A DNA stretch of 64,000 nt, from assembly GCA_031386685.1 (NCBI GenBank), contig JANNCQ010000067.1, positions 71-64,070 on the forward strand. The letters are read 5' to 3'. This document shows positions 25,539 to 37,600 of the stretch, one piece after another. Position 1 is the stretch's first letter. Every line of letters starts with the position of its first letter. The position numbers were made by a program, and so were the translations under genes. Under the pieces are notes generated by a model. It ran no database searches and was not told the DNA's origin. It saw only the letters and a program-made list of their open reading frames with translations. Origin of the DNA: Candidatus Altimarinota bacterium (lineage in GTDB: Bacteria; Patescibacteriota; Gracilibacteria; BD1-5; UBA2023).

Positions 25539-25582
25539 AACCCTTAAAAAAACTCCATATTTATGAAGTTTTTTTAAGGGTT
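25539..25582 (-). terminator. hairpin terminator after the HTH gene
   Basis: A 16-nt stem, AACCCTTAAAAAAACT pairing with AGTTTTTTTAAGGGTT. Confidence 0.55.
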
Positions 25583-25585
25583 AAA

Positions 25586-26641
25586 TTATTTTGAATTCTT
25601 TGCTTGGTAGAGATTTCGTCCCACACGTTCTATATATTTCTTATTTTGGAGATTCATGTAGATTGTTGTGGTTTTGACTTGACGGACCTTGAGGACACGA
25701 CTCGTGATTTCTTCTGTTGAGAGAGGCATCTTTGCCTTTACGAAGATATCGAGGATGACATCGAGAACTGTACCATCTCTATATCCCCAATCTTTAAGAA
25801 CATAAATACCACGACCAATAAGAACAAATTCATTATTTCGAATAAGCTCATTATGAATTGTCGATATTTTTACCGGCTCATTAAAGTATTCCGTGATAGC
25901 ACTTGCAATATCAAGAAAATGCATTGGCTCCTTTTTCTTTTTGAGAACATAGATCGCCTTATCTTTGAGGGTAGAAGGATTAAGAATTTTCCATTTCTCA
26001 AGTCCGATAAATTTCTCTTCTCCTTTCACAATATCAATATATATATCCACAACAGAATCTATCATGATAGGTTCAACCTTCCCAAATTGTGCGAAAAGAT
26101 TAATTTTAATCATTTCATAGAGGGTAGTATTCTCTATAATATCACCTTTCTTCTTGAGAATTTTTGTAGCTTCTTTATGGATAGATTCAATAAGTTTCTT
26201 TTGGATCTCAGGAAAATGATAATATGTAAGTGTACCAAGTTGTGGTTTTGATCTTTGAAGATTGAAATCAGCCTGAAGGAGGACGTCGATAATATTATCA
26301 CTTGCAGCATCAGTAAAACCGATCTCTGCTATTATAGCATTTATGAGGCGATCACGAGTCATTACGCCCCCATGTAATTTCAGAATTGCTTCACCTGCTT
26401 CCTGGATACGCATGAGCGGACTTGACCTCATGATTCGACCAATTTTTTTGATGCCTACATCTTCAATTTGGCGAACTCGTTCACGAGTTATTCCATAGGT
26501 ATCACCGATCTCCTGAAGAGTCTCGCGATTTCATATAAGTCCGATACGCCGAGAGATGACACTTTTTTCTTTTTCAGCGAGAGAATCGAGAATTGTTTGG
26601 AATATACTTGTAACGTCGAAGGAAGGAGTAGAAGTAGCCAT
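25586..26641 (-). CDS. sigma-70 region-4-like HTH protein with a long C-terminal domain
   Basis: N-terminus SRRIGLI-G-NRETLQEIGDTYGITRERVRQIEDVGIKKI is a region 4.2-type HTH. 351 aa. Confidence 0.6.
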
Positions 26642-26826
26642 AAAGAGTTTGAGGATAGTATCTATAATAGAGCGATATAGAGGGGCTGAACCGTGTCAAT
26701 TGCAAAATAGAGAAAAATATTTCTATCGAAGGTATATAAAGACATACTATACTTTTTTTTTCAAAGTCAAGTTTAAATTGGCAAACTCATGTTCTTGTCT
26801 CGCACCTTTTCTTTCATTTCATTTTC

Positions 26827-27306
26827 TCATGATTCGAGAATGTCAGCATATTCGTCCAGATGACTCTGCTCTTTCTTATCGAGATAACTCATAGTTACAG
26901 CACGAGCCTTCTCACTCTGCGAGAAAAAATATGATATAAAAAGGAGGAGAAAAACTGACCCTAGAGCTATTTCTAGTCCTATTGCTGGCATGACTTCTTG
27001 TGAAGCAATACGAGCATATGCAAAAGATGTAATGACGATATGGATACATGCAACACAGAGCATTGCGGCAATAAATACGATAGCCTGAGCATCAGAAAGA
27101 CGAAATGGAACATATCCACGAAGATGTTCTTTCTTTTCATGGGAAAGAAGGAAAAATAACATAAGCAATATGGCACAAATAATACCATAACCTACCCCTC
27201 AGAGATAGAGGGAAAATGCCCAATAAAATATTTCTTGTCACCCGATTGGTTTGAGTATAAGCCAGGGGAAAAATAGCGAAGTGAATAATACTATATTCGT
27301 GATCAT
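26827..27306 (-). CDS. small polytopic membrane protein
   Basis: 159 aa and hydrophobic. Extends track ORF 26827..27168 upstream through two TGA codons. Confidence 0.45.
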
Positions 27307-27790
27307 AAGTGACTTTCCTGGGAGTCAGAGACGATATGTACCAAAGTTCAATCGAGAAAAAAAATTGAGAATCTGTGTTTTTAGTTTTCGATTTTTAGAA
27401 TTTCGTATATAATCCATATTAGGATAGTTTTAGAGGGTAGATACTCACTTCCAGAAATATTTGCTGAAAAATGAGAATCCACGTTCCATAAGAAATCCTC
27501 ATATGAGGGTATATAGATATTGATTTTTTGCAAATATTTATGCGTAATTCGAGACAAAATAGCATCATTATTATTATAGAATTTTTTATTGATATTTCGA
27601 GAAAAATTTGGGAAACTCTTCGAGTTTTATTTCTCGGTGAAAGGTGATCAGAAAAAGGTATACTCTGGAGTCTCCTGAACCAGATATTGCTCACTTGACC
27701 GAAAAAATGGAAAAAATATCCAACTGGAATCGCTATCGGTAGAGCTCTCTTTGTTCCTTTTGTTTTTCTATTTTCTCACTCGCGATCATC

Positions 27791-28984
27791 ATGAGATTCT
27801 CAAAGAAAATAAATAATCATGGATTTACTCTCTTTGAGCTTATGGTAAGTATGACTATTTTTGGTCTTATCATGATTACGGTACTTGACTCTGTAGTAAA
27901 TATTGGTATTGCCAGAACAAGAAGTGTCACACGTATCAGTCTTCTCGAGGAGCTCTATTTTTTTTCAGAAAAACTCGCAACTTCAATAAAAGATGGAGGG
28001 ATTATAGACTATGAAGAATATTGGAATCGCCAAGCCGTTTGAACCGGCACAGCTACAGGTCACTACCTCCTTCCGAGTGGATTCTGAAATTATGGAAGTG
28101 GAGGTACACTCAATACTACAAATTATGGAGGATGATTCTACTTTTGTAGAAGCGGAGGGACTGCTCCTACAAAAGTAGGTACAGGAGGATGTTTGAATGG
28201 AAATAACTACTCTAATATATTTTGATGACCGGAAATAAACTATTCATGAAGTTATCAACGATATGGTCAATATAAACTCCAGTATACTGATTACAATGGA
28301 AACAATGATTTTGAAACACCCCTAGGTGATGAAGATGGTGACGCATCAGGAAGTATACGATGAGATGAAGATGACAAAGATATTGGTGATGGACCTCTCG
28401 TGCTCTCTGGATCTTCTCCAGAACTCTATCTCTATAATCCTCTTACGAAGGAACGTACATTCTTTCGATGGACATATAAAGATGACCCCGATCTTACTCC
28501 TGGTACATGCAACTATACTACCGGAAGTGGCTGTGTAGGAAATATTGAATTAATACGACTCAAATGACTTGATATCGGTATGAGTCATAGTGGGCAGAAT
28601 CTTGAATCCTGAGTATTTGATGGTATTATAGATACGTGGATATGTAACGCTGACTGGCCTTGCACGGGTCCGAGTATCCCTGGTACTGTATGAACTGGTC
28701 GTATCCCTACATGAACTGATGCTGAGTGGATCAAGATGTTCCCAGACTATGTCGATGTTCGTAAACTTTCATTTGATATTTATCCTCGAAAGGACCCTTG
28801 GAGATCTTGGGCAGCAGTAGATTGCATCGGAGGATGATGTCCAGCATGATTTATTAGCCCATTTATCCAGCCATATGTACGGATCCAGATTACTCTCTGA
28901 CTTGCATGGACAAAGAGAAAAATCATACGCTGAGATGATCCTACTATTACTATTTCTACTACAATAAGCCTTTCTCATACGAAT
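27791..28984 (+). CDS. type IV pilin-like protein (large, Gly-rich)
   Basis: Class III signal MRFSKKINNH-G|FTLFELMVSMTIFGLI (prepilin cleavage/methylation motif). 397 aa with many TGA-encoded Gly. Confidence 0.8.
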
Positions 28985-28994
28985 ATTGAATAAA

Positions 28995-29906
28995 TTTCTC
29001 TCTATGTATATATCTAATAGGAATTGATCTGCTCTTATAGTCGCTCTCGTGATTATGACGCTCCTCACAATGATGAGTACGGTATTTTTCGAAAAAATAT
29101 ATCGTTTTAGTCAAAGAAGTGAATGAATTGAAAACTCAAATATCGCATACTACAAGTCTCTCAGTATTATAGAAGAAGCTCTTTTTACGGGATGAGTAAA
29201 TAAGTATACGCCCTGGAATATGACTGGTAATAGTTATGGCTCAAAGACTACAAGTGGATCGACTATAGTCGTATATACAGGATGAACGACTATACCTCTC
29301 AGTGGAAGATGAAATAGTCCCTATAATAAGGATTATAATATTATAAGTATCGGACAACCTATACAGATAGTCCTTCCTGAAAGTATAAACTGGAATAATG
29401 TAAACTTTGAGTTTCGTGTTCCTATAATTTCAGGAAATACGAATACTGGAGTTACTTGATGAACTGGCTATATACTCTGGACACTTGCGTCGAGTGGGGT
29501 ATCTCTCTTCGCAAGTGGTGAGACGAATATTTTTAAGTGATCAGATCTCAATACTCTAAACGTGAAAATAGCTAGCTATAATGGAACTACCAACTCTGGT
29601 TCTACTATGAATTTTAAAAGCTTCTATGATAATCCACCCTACTTATGAAATGGAACTGCATGAGGCAATTGTAGTGGATTTAAATGTACATTAAAGCTCT
29701 CACTCATACGGAATGTACCAACAACAGATGGAAGAAATATGTCCTTCCTTGAATACCAAATTAATTCATTTGGACCTATTCCTATTCCCTATCAGTATAC
29801 GGATATTCATGCCGAGGGATACGCTTATTGATTTCTGCGTACAAGAGATATACAGTTTCCACAAATAACGACGAATACGGCCCTCGATTTTGCTGTACTC
29901 CAATAA
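28995..29906 (+). CDS. minor pilin / PilX-GspK-like protein
   Basis: N-terminus MYISNRN-G-SALIVALVIMTLL resembles minor pseudopilin anchors. Starts 10 bp after the pilin gene. 303 aa. Confidence 0.5.
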
Positions 29907-30892
29907 TGCTCTCACTCAAGATAGAATCCCCATCCGATGCCAATCAACGTATCGATAAATTTATCAAAAAATATCTTCCTGATGCTCCGCTTGGGGGTAT
30001 ATATAAGTGGTTACGTACTGGAAAAATAAAAGTAAATCGAAAAAAAGTAGATCAAGTATATCGCATCGTCGAGTGAGATCAGATCGATATACATCTCCAT
30101 GAAGAGGAGATTCTTTGATTTCAGAAGAAAAAAAATCCTCATCAGCCGCTCATATTTGATAAACATTCAAATAAAAAAATTGAATCCTGTATTATCTATG
30201 AAGATGATTTTTTTCTCATTATTAATAAAGATCCTGGACTCAATGTCCATCCTGGGGACCACAAAACAAAAGAAGTATCGCTCATAGAAATGGTCCAAGA
30301 TTATCTCTCTGGAAGATATAACACTCTATCATTCCGCCCTGCTCTCGTGCATCGTATCGACAGAGATACTAGTGGTGCGATCATGATAGCAAAAGACAAA
30401 TCTACACTCGAATCCCTGCTTCTTCTCCTCCAGTCAGGAAAAATAGAAAAGATATATCATGCTCTTGTCATAGGTAAGGCTCCGAAAGCTCGCGATACCA
30501 TCCGAGCTAAACTTATACGAGTAGAAAATGCTGAAAATGAATCAAAAGTACGAGTAGATGATTCTGGCCAAGAAGCAATAACACATTATCGTACTATTAA
30601 TGCGAATATTCGCGATAAATATAGTCTTCTCGAAATAACTCTAGAGACATGACGTATGCACCAGATCCGTGTCCATATGGCATCGATCAAATGCCCTATA
30701 CTCTGAGATAAAGCCTATGGTGATAAATCAGAAAATAGCTTTGCCCGACGAGAATATAATATTGTGAGGCAAATGCTCCATGCAGAGAGACTGAGATTCA
30801 TACATCCGAAGACAGGAAAAAATATTGAAATTATCGCACCCTATCATGCCGATATGCTTAATATCATACATCCACAAGAAAAAAATATATAA
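29906..30892 (+). CDS. RluA-family pseudouridine synthase with S4 domain
   Basis: IIYEDDFFLIINKDPGLNVHPG, HRIDRDTSG (catalytic Asp) and G-RMHQIRVH. 328 aa. Its start overlaps the preceding TAA by 1 nt. Confidence 0.85.
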
Positions 30893-31017
30893 AAGAAGTA
30901 ATAGGAGATCAACTGTCAACTAGAAGTACCTGTTGATTTTTGATTTCTCTCTCGAGATATGATAGGCTTATGAAGTAGGGAGAAATAATTCTCTACACAT
31001 ATACCTATACCATACCA

Positions 31018-31908
31018 ATGCATACCCATATAAAAGATCCTCTCAGAGAATACGAACGAAGTACCAAAAGAATAAACTTCTTCACATCTTTCCGAAGAAC
31101 TCTCTCATATCTTTTTTCTTACCTGCTTCTTTCTGGTTCTATATTTCTCGTCCTTCTCGTCAGCCTCAATTATAGTGCTTACTCTAATCGTATCATAAAC
31201 TGGGTGAATCCTGATGCACTCATACAAGCACGTGATGATGTCAATCATCTCCTCACTTCAGTGACGAGTGTATCTGCGTATGCATCTGAAGCTTCAATCA
31301 GTGAGAATAAGGAAGATCTCGATACTATAACGACAAAAATCCTCTCTTCGGATCCTTCAATTATATACTCAAGGGATTACGCCCCAAAAGAGCTCATGGC
31401 TGGAATACAAGAAAAAGATCTCAATGCTACCTTTGCTCTCAGTCCTTATGAGAATCGTATTATTATACCCAGAATTGGAGAGAATATTCCCCTCGTAAAT
31501 GTCAGCATTGATAAATGAGCAAACTTTGAGACGATGCATGAAGTTTTTATGGAAGAACTCCGAAAATGAGTCGTACGATACCCTGGAACTGCAGAACCGG
31601 GAGAAGCAGGCAATGTCTTTATCTTTGGACATTCTTCAAATTACCCTTGGGTAAAGAGTGAATATAATTCTGTATTTGCACTCCTCGACCAGCTCCAAAA
31701 TGGTGATGAAATCATCATCTACTACTTTCAAAAAAAGTATGTCTATAAAGTCAAAGAGCATGCAGTCGTAAAACCATGAGATGTCAAAACACTTGAAGCT
31801 CGCGATCATACAAAAAAAGAGCTCTCTCTCATGACCTGTTGGCCCATCGGAACGACTCTCGAACGAATGATTATTTTTGCTGAACTCGAAGAAGATTCTA
31901 CGAAATAA
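31018..31908 (+). CDS. sortase-family transpeptidase
   Basis: N-terminal transmembrane segment. GNVFIFGHSS (His), LSLMTCWP (TLxTC-type Cys) and a downstream Arg. 296 aa. Confidence 0.75.
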
Positions 31909-31934
31909 TACGATACCACTCACACTCTTTCATT

Positions 31935-32210
31935 ATGAATGATAAGTTCACCTATATCATAGAAAATCTCTCTCTTGCCTCACCTACTCTAGTAGAGATG
32001 CTTCTTGGTGTCATTATTATGAGTATATTCATGGTACTTATACGATACATATTTCTCTATGGGTATGGATATAAACTCGTATATAAAGATATGAAAGACC
32101 TCCGCAAGAAAAAAGAAACACTTTCTGATCTCATCCTCATGAAGGATATACAGACTGAGCTCGAAAAAGAGATAGAACAAGCTATGCTTAAAACAACATT
32201 CCAAGGATAA
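31935..32210 (+). CDS. small membrane protein
   Basis: Track ORF of 91 aa with one transmembrane segment, followed by a terminator. Confidence 0.4.
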   Translation: MNDKFTYIIENLSLASPTLVEMLLGVIIMSIFMVLIRYIFLYGYGYKLVYKDMKDLRKKKETLSDLILMKDIQTELEKEIEQAMLKTTFQG

Positions 32211-32214
32211 AAAA

Positions 32215-32240
32215 ATACTGCATTAATGCAGTATTTTTTT
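32215..32240. terminator. bidirectional terminator
   Basis: ATACTGCA-TTAA-TGCAGTAT hairpin between A- and T-runs. It overlaps the end of the convergent gene. Confidence 0.65.
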
Positions 32241-32757
32241 ATCCTTTCTGGGGGGATAATTTTTTGGGAGATCTCTGCCTTCTCGGAGTCTTACATACTT
32301 CAAGGTGGGAATAGAGATCATATACAGAATAAAGTAGCATAAGAACGCCAAGAATTTTGAGTTCGATACCATGATAAGGAAATATCTCTAAAAATCCGAT
32401 AACTGATGTAAGTCCAAGAACGGAAATAAGAGTGATACCACAGCAACTTGCTCCCGTAATGAATACAGAAAAAACTCATCACATAAGTCAAAGGAACCCC
32501 GAAGGTCTCTCACTTCAATCTCGTATACCAAATAGCATACTTCGATATACGATACCACTCAGCATAAGAGGAAGGAGGATAATGGCACACCATGAAAGGA
32601 AGGTATCAAAATAGGCATAAAAGCGACTCTGGTAGTTTGCAGCCACATAGTCAATTGCAGAATACTTATACCAAATAATAATAGAGAGAATTATCATGAG
32701 GATAAGTATGCTCGATGCAACAGGATTCTTGAGGAGTTTCTGAAAGTTTTTTAGCAT
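32239..32757 (-). CDS. polytopic membrane protein
   Basis: 172 aa. Extends track ORF 32515..32757 through two TGA codons. Confidence 0.45.
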
Positions 32758-32872
32758 AGAAAAATAAAAGATAGAGAAAGCATAGTATAATACTATTTAC
32801 CAAAATTATTCTAAGGCTTGTATCATAATCTCAAAGCAAGCAAGTGCCGCCCAAACCATAGCAATAAGCTGA

Positions 32873-33223
32873 TTATTTGCTATCTGAAATGCAAAAAGAA
32901 GACCCGTCATCAAAGAGCCTATAATCAGTAAAATACTCTGTCGAATACTGGCACTCATAGCCGAAAGAGTCACTTCTCATCGATAGTAAATCTTCTTCAG
33001 AAAAAAGAGAAACATCGAAAGTATACTCGATCAAGCCAAAAAAAGAGCAAAAGCCATAAGAGAGAAAGCGAGCTTCGTATCCAGTTCTGGATTTAAGTAA
33101 AATACGAGTAATACTGCCGAGCTCGTACTCGAAAGGAATATGATAAAAAGTATAAAAAAATATGGTTTTAGAGTCATGAAGTTTGACAAAAAGTGAAAAA
33201 GAGTATATAATTGACTGAAGCAT
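32873..33223 (-). CDS. hypothetical protein
   Basis: Track ORF of 116 aa filling an otherwise empty gap. No recognisable motif. Confidence 0.3.
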   Translation of the reverse strand: MLQSIIYSFSLFVKLHDSKTIFFYTFYHIPFEYELGSITRILLKSRTGYEARFLSYGFCSFFGLIEYTFDVSLFSEEDLLSMRSDSFGYECQYSTEYFTDYRLFDDGSSFCISDSK

Positions 33224-33753
33224 TTTATGCAGTATATCTATTTTTGATTTCTATGAAAGACTTTTTCACAAGATATCGTGAGACACGGAAACACCAGTAT
33301 ATCCTCCCTGCAATTTTTGGTATCATGTTTGCTTTTGCGATCGTTGTCCAAATTACTAACACACAAATAGATCTTCGTTCTCTTCAGGCAAATGTGCTCG
33401 AGGCAGGTACACAAAAAGTAGTATATGAAGCTGACATTATTATGGAAAGGATGAATGGGGATCTTTCTTTTCGTATAGGAAAATCTGCACAAAATATAGA
33501 GACATTGAGTTTTTCTCTTCTCGGAGATCCAAATGTTCTCAAATGACTTACTACCTCATTTGAGAATACAACAATACAGAGCAATGAACCTGGAATTTTT
33601 CTCATAAAGATTGCACTAGGAAAATCTGTAAATGCCGGGGATATCCTCACTATTCTAACTCCTAAACTAGAATGAGCATCATCACTTGCTCTTATTGATG
33701 CTGGATTTACTAGTTCATGAGTAACATATAGTCTCTCAACCAAAGGGGAATAG
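33211..33753 (+). CDS. membrane-anchored hypothetical protein
   Basis: 180 aa with TGA read through. Transmembrane segment ILPAIFGIMFAFAIVV. The true start may be the internal MKDFF. Confidence 0.4.
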
Positions 33754-33804
33754 ACGTTTTCTTATTTTAAAAAAATGATCTTTTGGTCATTTTTTTATTG
33801 CTCT

Positions 33805-33937
33805 ATAGTGGACTAACTTGAATAGTACAATCCTCTGTCACTGTCGGGCTTGTCCCGGAATCCGGCAATAAAAATGGGTTCCTACATGCGCAGGAATGAC
33901 AAGAAAGAGGGCTTATGCAAGTTAGTATGCTATAAAA
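33805..33937. mobile_element. possible MITE-like insert: imperfect 18-bp terminal inverted repeats around a GC-rich core
   Basis: CTATAGTGGACTAACTTG (33805-22) against CAAGTTAGTATGCTATAA (33920-37) gives 14/18 complementary positions. The core holds GC-rich semi-palindromes and lies in a 344-bp convergent intergenic gap. Confidence 0.3.
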
Positions 33938-34097
33938 TAAAGAAGCTTAGGAATTCTATCTGGCTCAGAGCATCTTTATATCCGAGGTCGAAGGTTTTTA
34001 TTAAAGTCTGAGGGTCGTGCGTTAAGAGTCGTGCGGGAAGATTTCTATTTCTTATTAGGAGGATCGTGATTCCATCGTGTCGCAAAGATTCTATATC

Positions 34098-34686
34098 TTA
34101 ATTTTGTTTTCGAGAGGTGTCGATCGCGAGGATATGAGTCGCGCCCATCTCGATAGCTTTCTCTACTGTTTTTGAAAAAGGGGCTCCGACTCCACCATCG
34201 ATATAGTGTCTTCCTGAGATAGTTTTTGTCTTTCCGTAGACGAGAGGAACTGACATGGAAGCTTGTATGAGATCGAATATATCATCACCCCCCTCGTATA
34301 TCTTCTTGTGAGAAATAATTTGCTTTCATATTTCTGATGGCTCTGGCGGTAATGTACCATTGTACATTCGAACCTACTAATTTTTCTACATGAAGTGGTT
34401 CTTTACGACGAAGCACTTCATGTATAGCATACTCAATGTTCATTATTTTCCATAACCGAAGAGGATTGATAAAACCTCGATTTGCAAGATGATCCGTCCA
34501 TATATTTTTCATCTCAGAAAGCTGATCTGTAAGATAGTACATCGCTGATCCCGCTCAGCCTGAAGTCGCAATCATAATATCTGGTTTAAAATTCGGGAAT
34601 TTTGTCCCGAGACCCACAAGGAATCCTCACGTATATGAGCATCTCATTCCTCATCCAGAGCATACGATTGCTATCTTTTTTTTCAT
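34098..34686 (-). pseudogene. patatin-like phospholipase, frameshifted at a C6/G6 homopolymer
   Basis: The N-terminal frame has CSG-G-GMRC and ATSG-G-AGS (GxSxG). The C-terminal DDIFDLIQASMSVPLVYGKTKTISGRHYIDGGVGAP (catalytic DGG) is in the +1 frame. The switch occurs at the C-run 34288..34293. Total length is 589 nt (3n+1). Confidence 0.75.
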
Positions 34687-34695
34687 GATCACGAT

Positions 34696-37600
34696 TTAGT
34701 AAGTGAGATTTATTCCAAACCTCATCATCCCACTATAATCCCCTGCCGGAGTATTAGCACTCGGATTGACGCCATACTTCACTCGATACGTGAAGGTATT
34801 TTTTTGACCATTTGGATTTATATTTTTCACAACTGAAACGATATTTTGACTCGTGCCATGCGCAGTAATCGTACTCGAATATCCACTTCCGATATTTTTA
34901 TCATACCCCCATCCTGTACTCCCACTATATACAGAGATAACATCTGAAATATATGTCAGATCTGTCGTGCGAAGCATAGAAAGATCGAATCCAGCACCGA
35001 CAGTACGGATCGTCACGATCAACTCACCTGATCCAAATGTATCTACTCCAAGTGGAATATTTCCGATCGGATAGAGCGGAGCACTGATCGTCCATTCTAT
35101 AGCATCGACATAGTATGTATAGCTTTGGGTCAGAGTATTTCCGAGTGTGTCAGCGATGATGATATCGAAACGATATTTACCATAAGGCAGATCCTGTACG
35201 CGAAGCTGTCCTGTAGAAGTCGTCGTCGTACCAGTGATAGACATGTAGCTCGGAGCGATATTTGTCAGACTCCACGTCGATCCTGTGCTATCCCAAGGAT
35301 AGATTCTTCCGGAGAAGCTTGTTGGATCGATCGCAGATCATGTATCACTGAAATTCACGATAACTGTAAAATTCGATGTTGGGATGAGTGTTCATGATGC
35401 GATATTAATAGAATTGATAGATGGCGGCGTAGTATCTGTCTGGACACTTTTCGCGAAAGTGATATACTGCATATCCGCGATATTGAGAGAGAATTCCCAA
35501 TTGGATCCTGAAAGTGTACCAGTATATGCTAGAGCTCCGGAATCAAAAACACCATCACCATCTACCAAAAGCATAAGTATGCCAGTAAAACCAGCTGGAA
35601 CACTCGCACTTGGATACGCCACGATGATAGTCCCGATGTCTCAATTTTTCTCCTGAAATAGCCACTCACGAGAAATCCTCTGGTATCATGTTGGTGCATC
35701 CAAACCTGTAAAAGATGTGGTACTTCCCGCATCATTTCCCCACATGAGTGCCATACGATTTGTCGCAATGGCTGTTTTCGAGACGATGATGTCTCCAGTA
35801 TTTGTTATTGATTGGGAACGATTTTGGTTCAAGGTCGATATATCATCTCGGGCGATACCAGCTATATTCTTATTAAATATTCATGCTCATGTTGCATTCC
35901 ATGCAATTATACTATTGGAAAGTGAGTAATCTGTCTGTGTAGTTTGATCGAGGGTAATGGCGTATTTGATAGCAAAATATGATTCTACTTGATTTTTTTG
36001 GGCTGCCGTAAGGGCTGCCGGAAAAGTGATCACCTCCGCAAGATTCGTAAGGGTAGAATAGGTATTTACGAATCTTCAGATACCAATATTTGTTCAGATA
36101 AATGCTGTTGCTGGTAAAGCTCAAGTGAGAGTTTGTCGTCCATTTGTCGAATTTTCTGATGCTCATCCAGTTTGACGTATAGATGATGTAATCGCTGGGG
36201 TAGCTACCGCTCGTAGATTTGCCCCACTATAAAAAATTGCTCCATTGTATAGCTTCCATCTGTCTTGATTTGGAGTTGTTGCCCACTCAAGTGAGTTATT
36301 CACAGCAGTCTGTGGTCAGATAATAAATGCTCATCATGATCATAATTTTGTCACCGCAAATACAGATGCAGCAGCTGTCGTAATATTGAGGGTACTATTA
36401 GTATTGAGTGTCGCATTATTAAAGTAGACTGTTGGATGTCCATTGATACTGTTGGTAGAATCATAGGTAACTATTCCTACCCCTGTCACAGCATTGGCCA
36501 CAGCACCGAGTCAACCGATATTTGTCCAGGTAGTTATCGTACATCCTTGTGTGGTACAGTTTGTACGATTATTGTTGGCTTGGAGCCAGAGACTTTCCCC
36601 AGCGATTCCCCCGGCATCTACCACCGGTACTCATCCTACCACTGAGTTCGTGGCAAACGCCATGTTGTTCGTCGTATTAGAGTCACTAGGATTCGTGAGA
36701 GCAACATCAAATCTCACACTCGTACCACTTGCTGCAAGAGTCGGTGTCACTGGTATACGGAAGGTATCAGTTCACAGTGGAGTTGATATTGTTGTTGTCT
36801 TTGTACATGTGACTCCTGTACCTACTTGGGCCCCACATGACCAGCCATTATCCACAAATGGGCTTCCTGGTCCTGTGATATTGATTGGCACAGTAAATAT
36901 GATAGTATGTACTCAAGAAGAAGATGCATTTCAGGCATTAGTAACAGTGATAGGAAGCTGCGAAAGCGCACTGACTGCAAGTGGTCACTCCGGCTGACCG
37001 ATACCCGGGATGAGATCAGGGACATTCGCAGCGACAAACGGAGCAAGAGTCCATTGTATAGTACCACTATAGGTTCCTGGGGTGGTACCAAAATCCCAAT
37101 TTATACCATATCATAAATCAGCTGAAGCCGTTATAGTATTCGCAAAATTCGTTCCTGCAGCAATTTTTCCACGAACAGTATTGAACGGGCCTGATTCATA
37201 TGCTGTCCATGCTTGTCCTGACATATAGCGAAATGCTGAGAGTACATTTGCGGTACTATCATATACACCGAACGTGAGTCAACCAGTTGATGTGAGATAT
37301 CCTGTATCATTAGTATCTCCCCCAGCTACCGCACTATCCATACCATAGTAAAATCGTACATTTTGCGCATTGGTAGCAGGGATAATAACCCTCCATGACC
37401 AGGTGAGATGCTTATTTGGAGCTGTATGTGTCCAATCAATTACAACTGTATAGGTAAGTCCTCCGACTACTCTTGTCATAGTGGAAGTTGCTGTGTAGGT
37501 ATTGCCATTGGTTGCTCCCGTCGTACTACTCGTGGTCCATGCGGTAAAATCATTTCCATATGTCGTAGCTCAGATTCTCAGAGTTGGCCAAGCATCCATA

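Noticed and set aside
27419-27694. 91-aa minus-strand ORF in the 480-bp divergent intergenic region upstream of the pilin gene
   Set aside because: It has no motif, an odd composition, and lies in a probable promoter region. I left the region unannotated rather than calling a gene.
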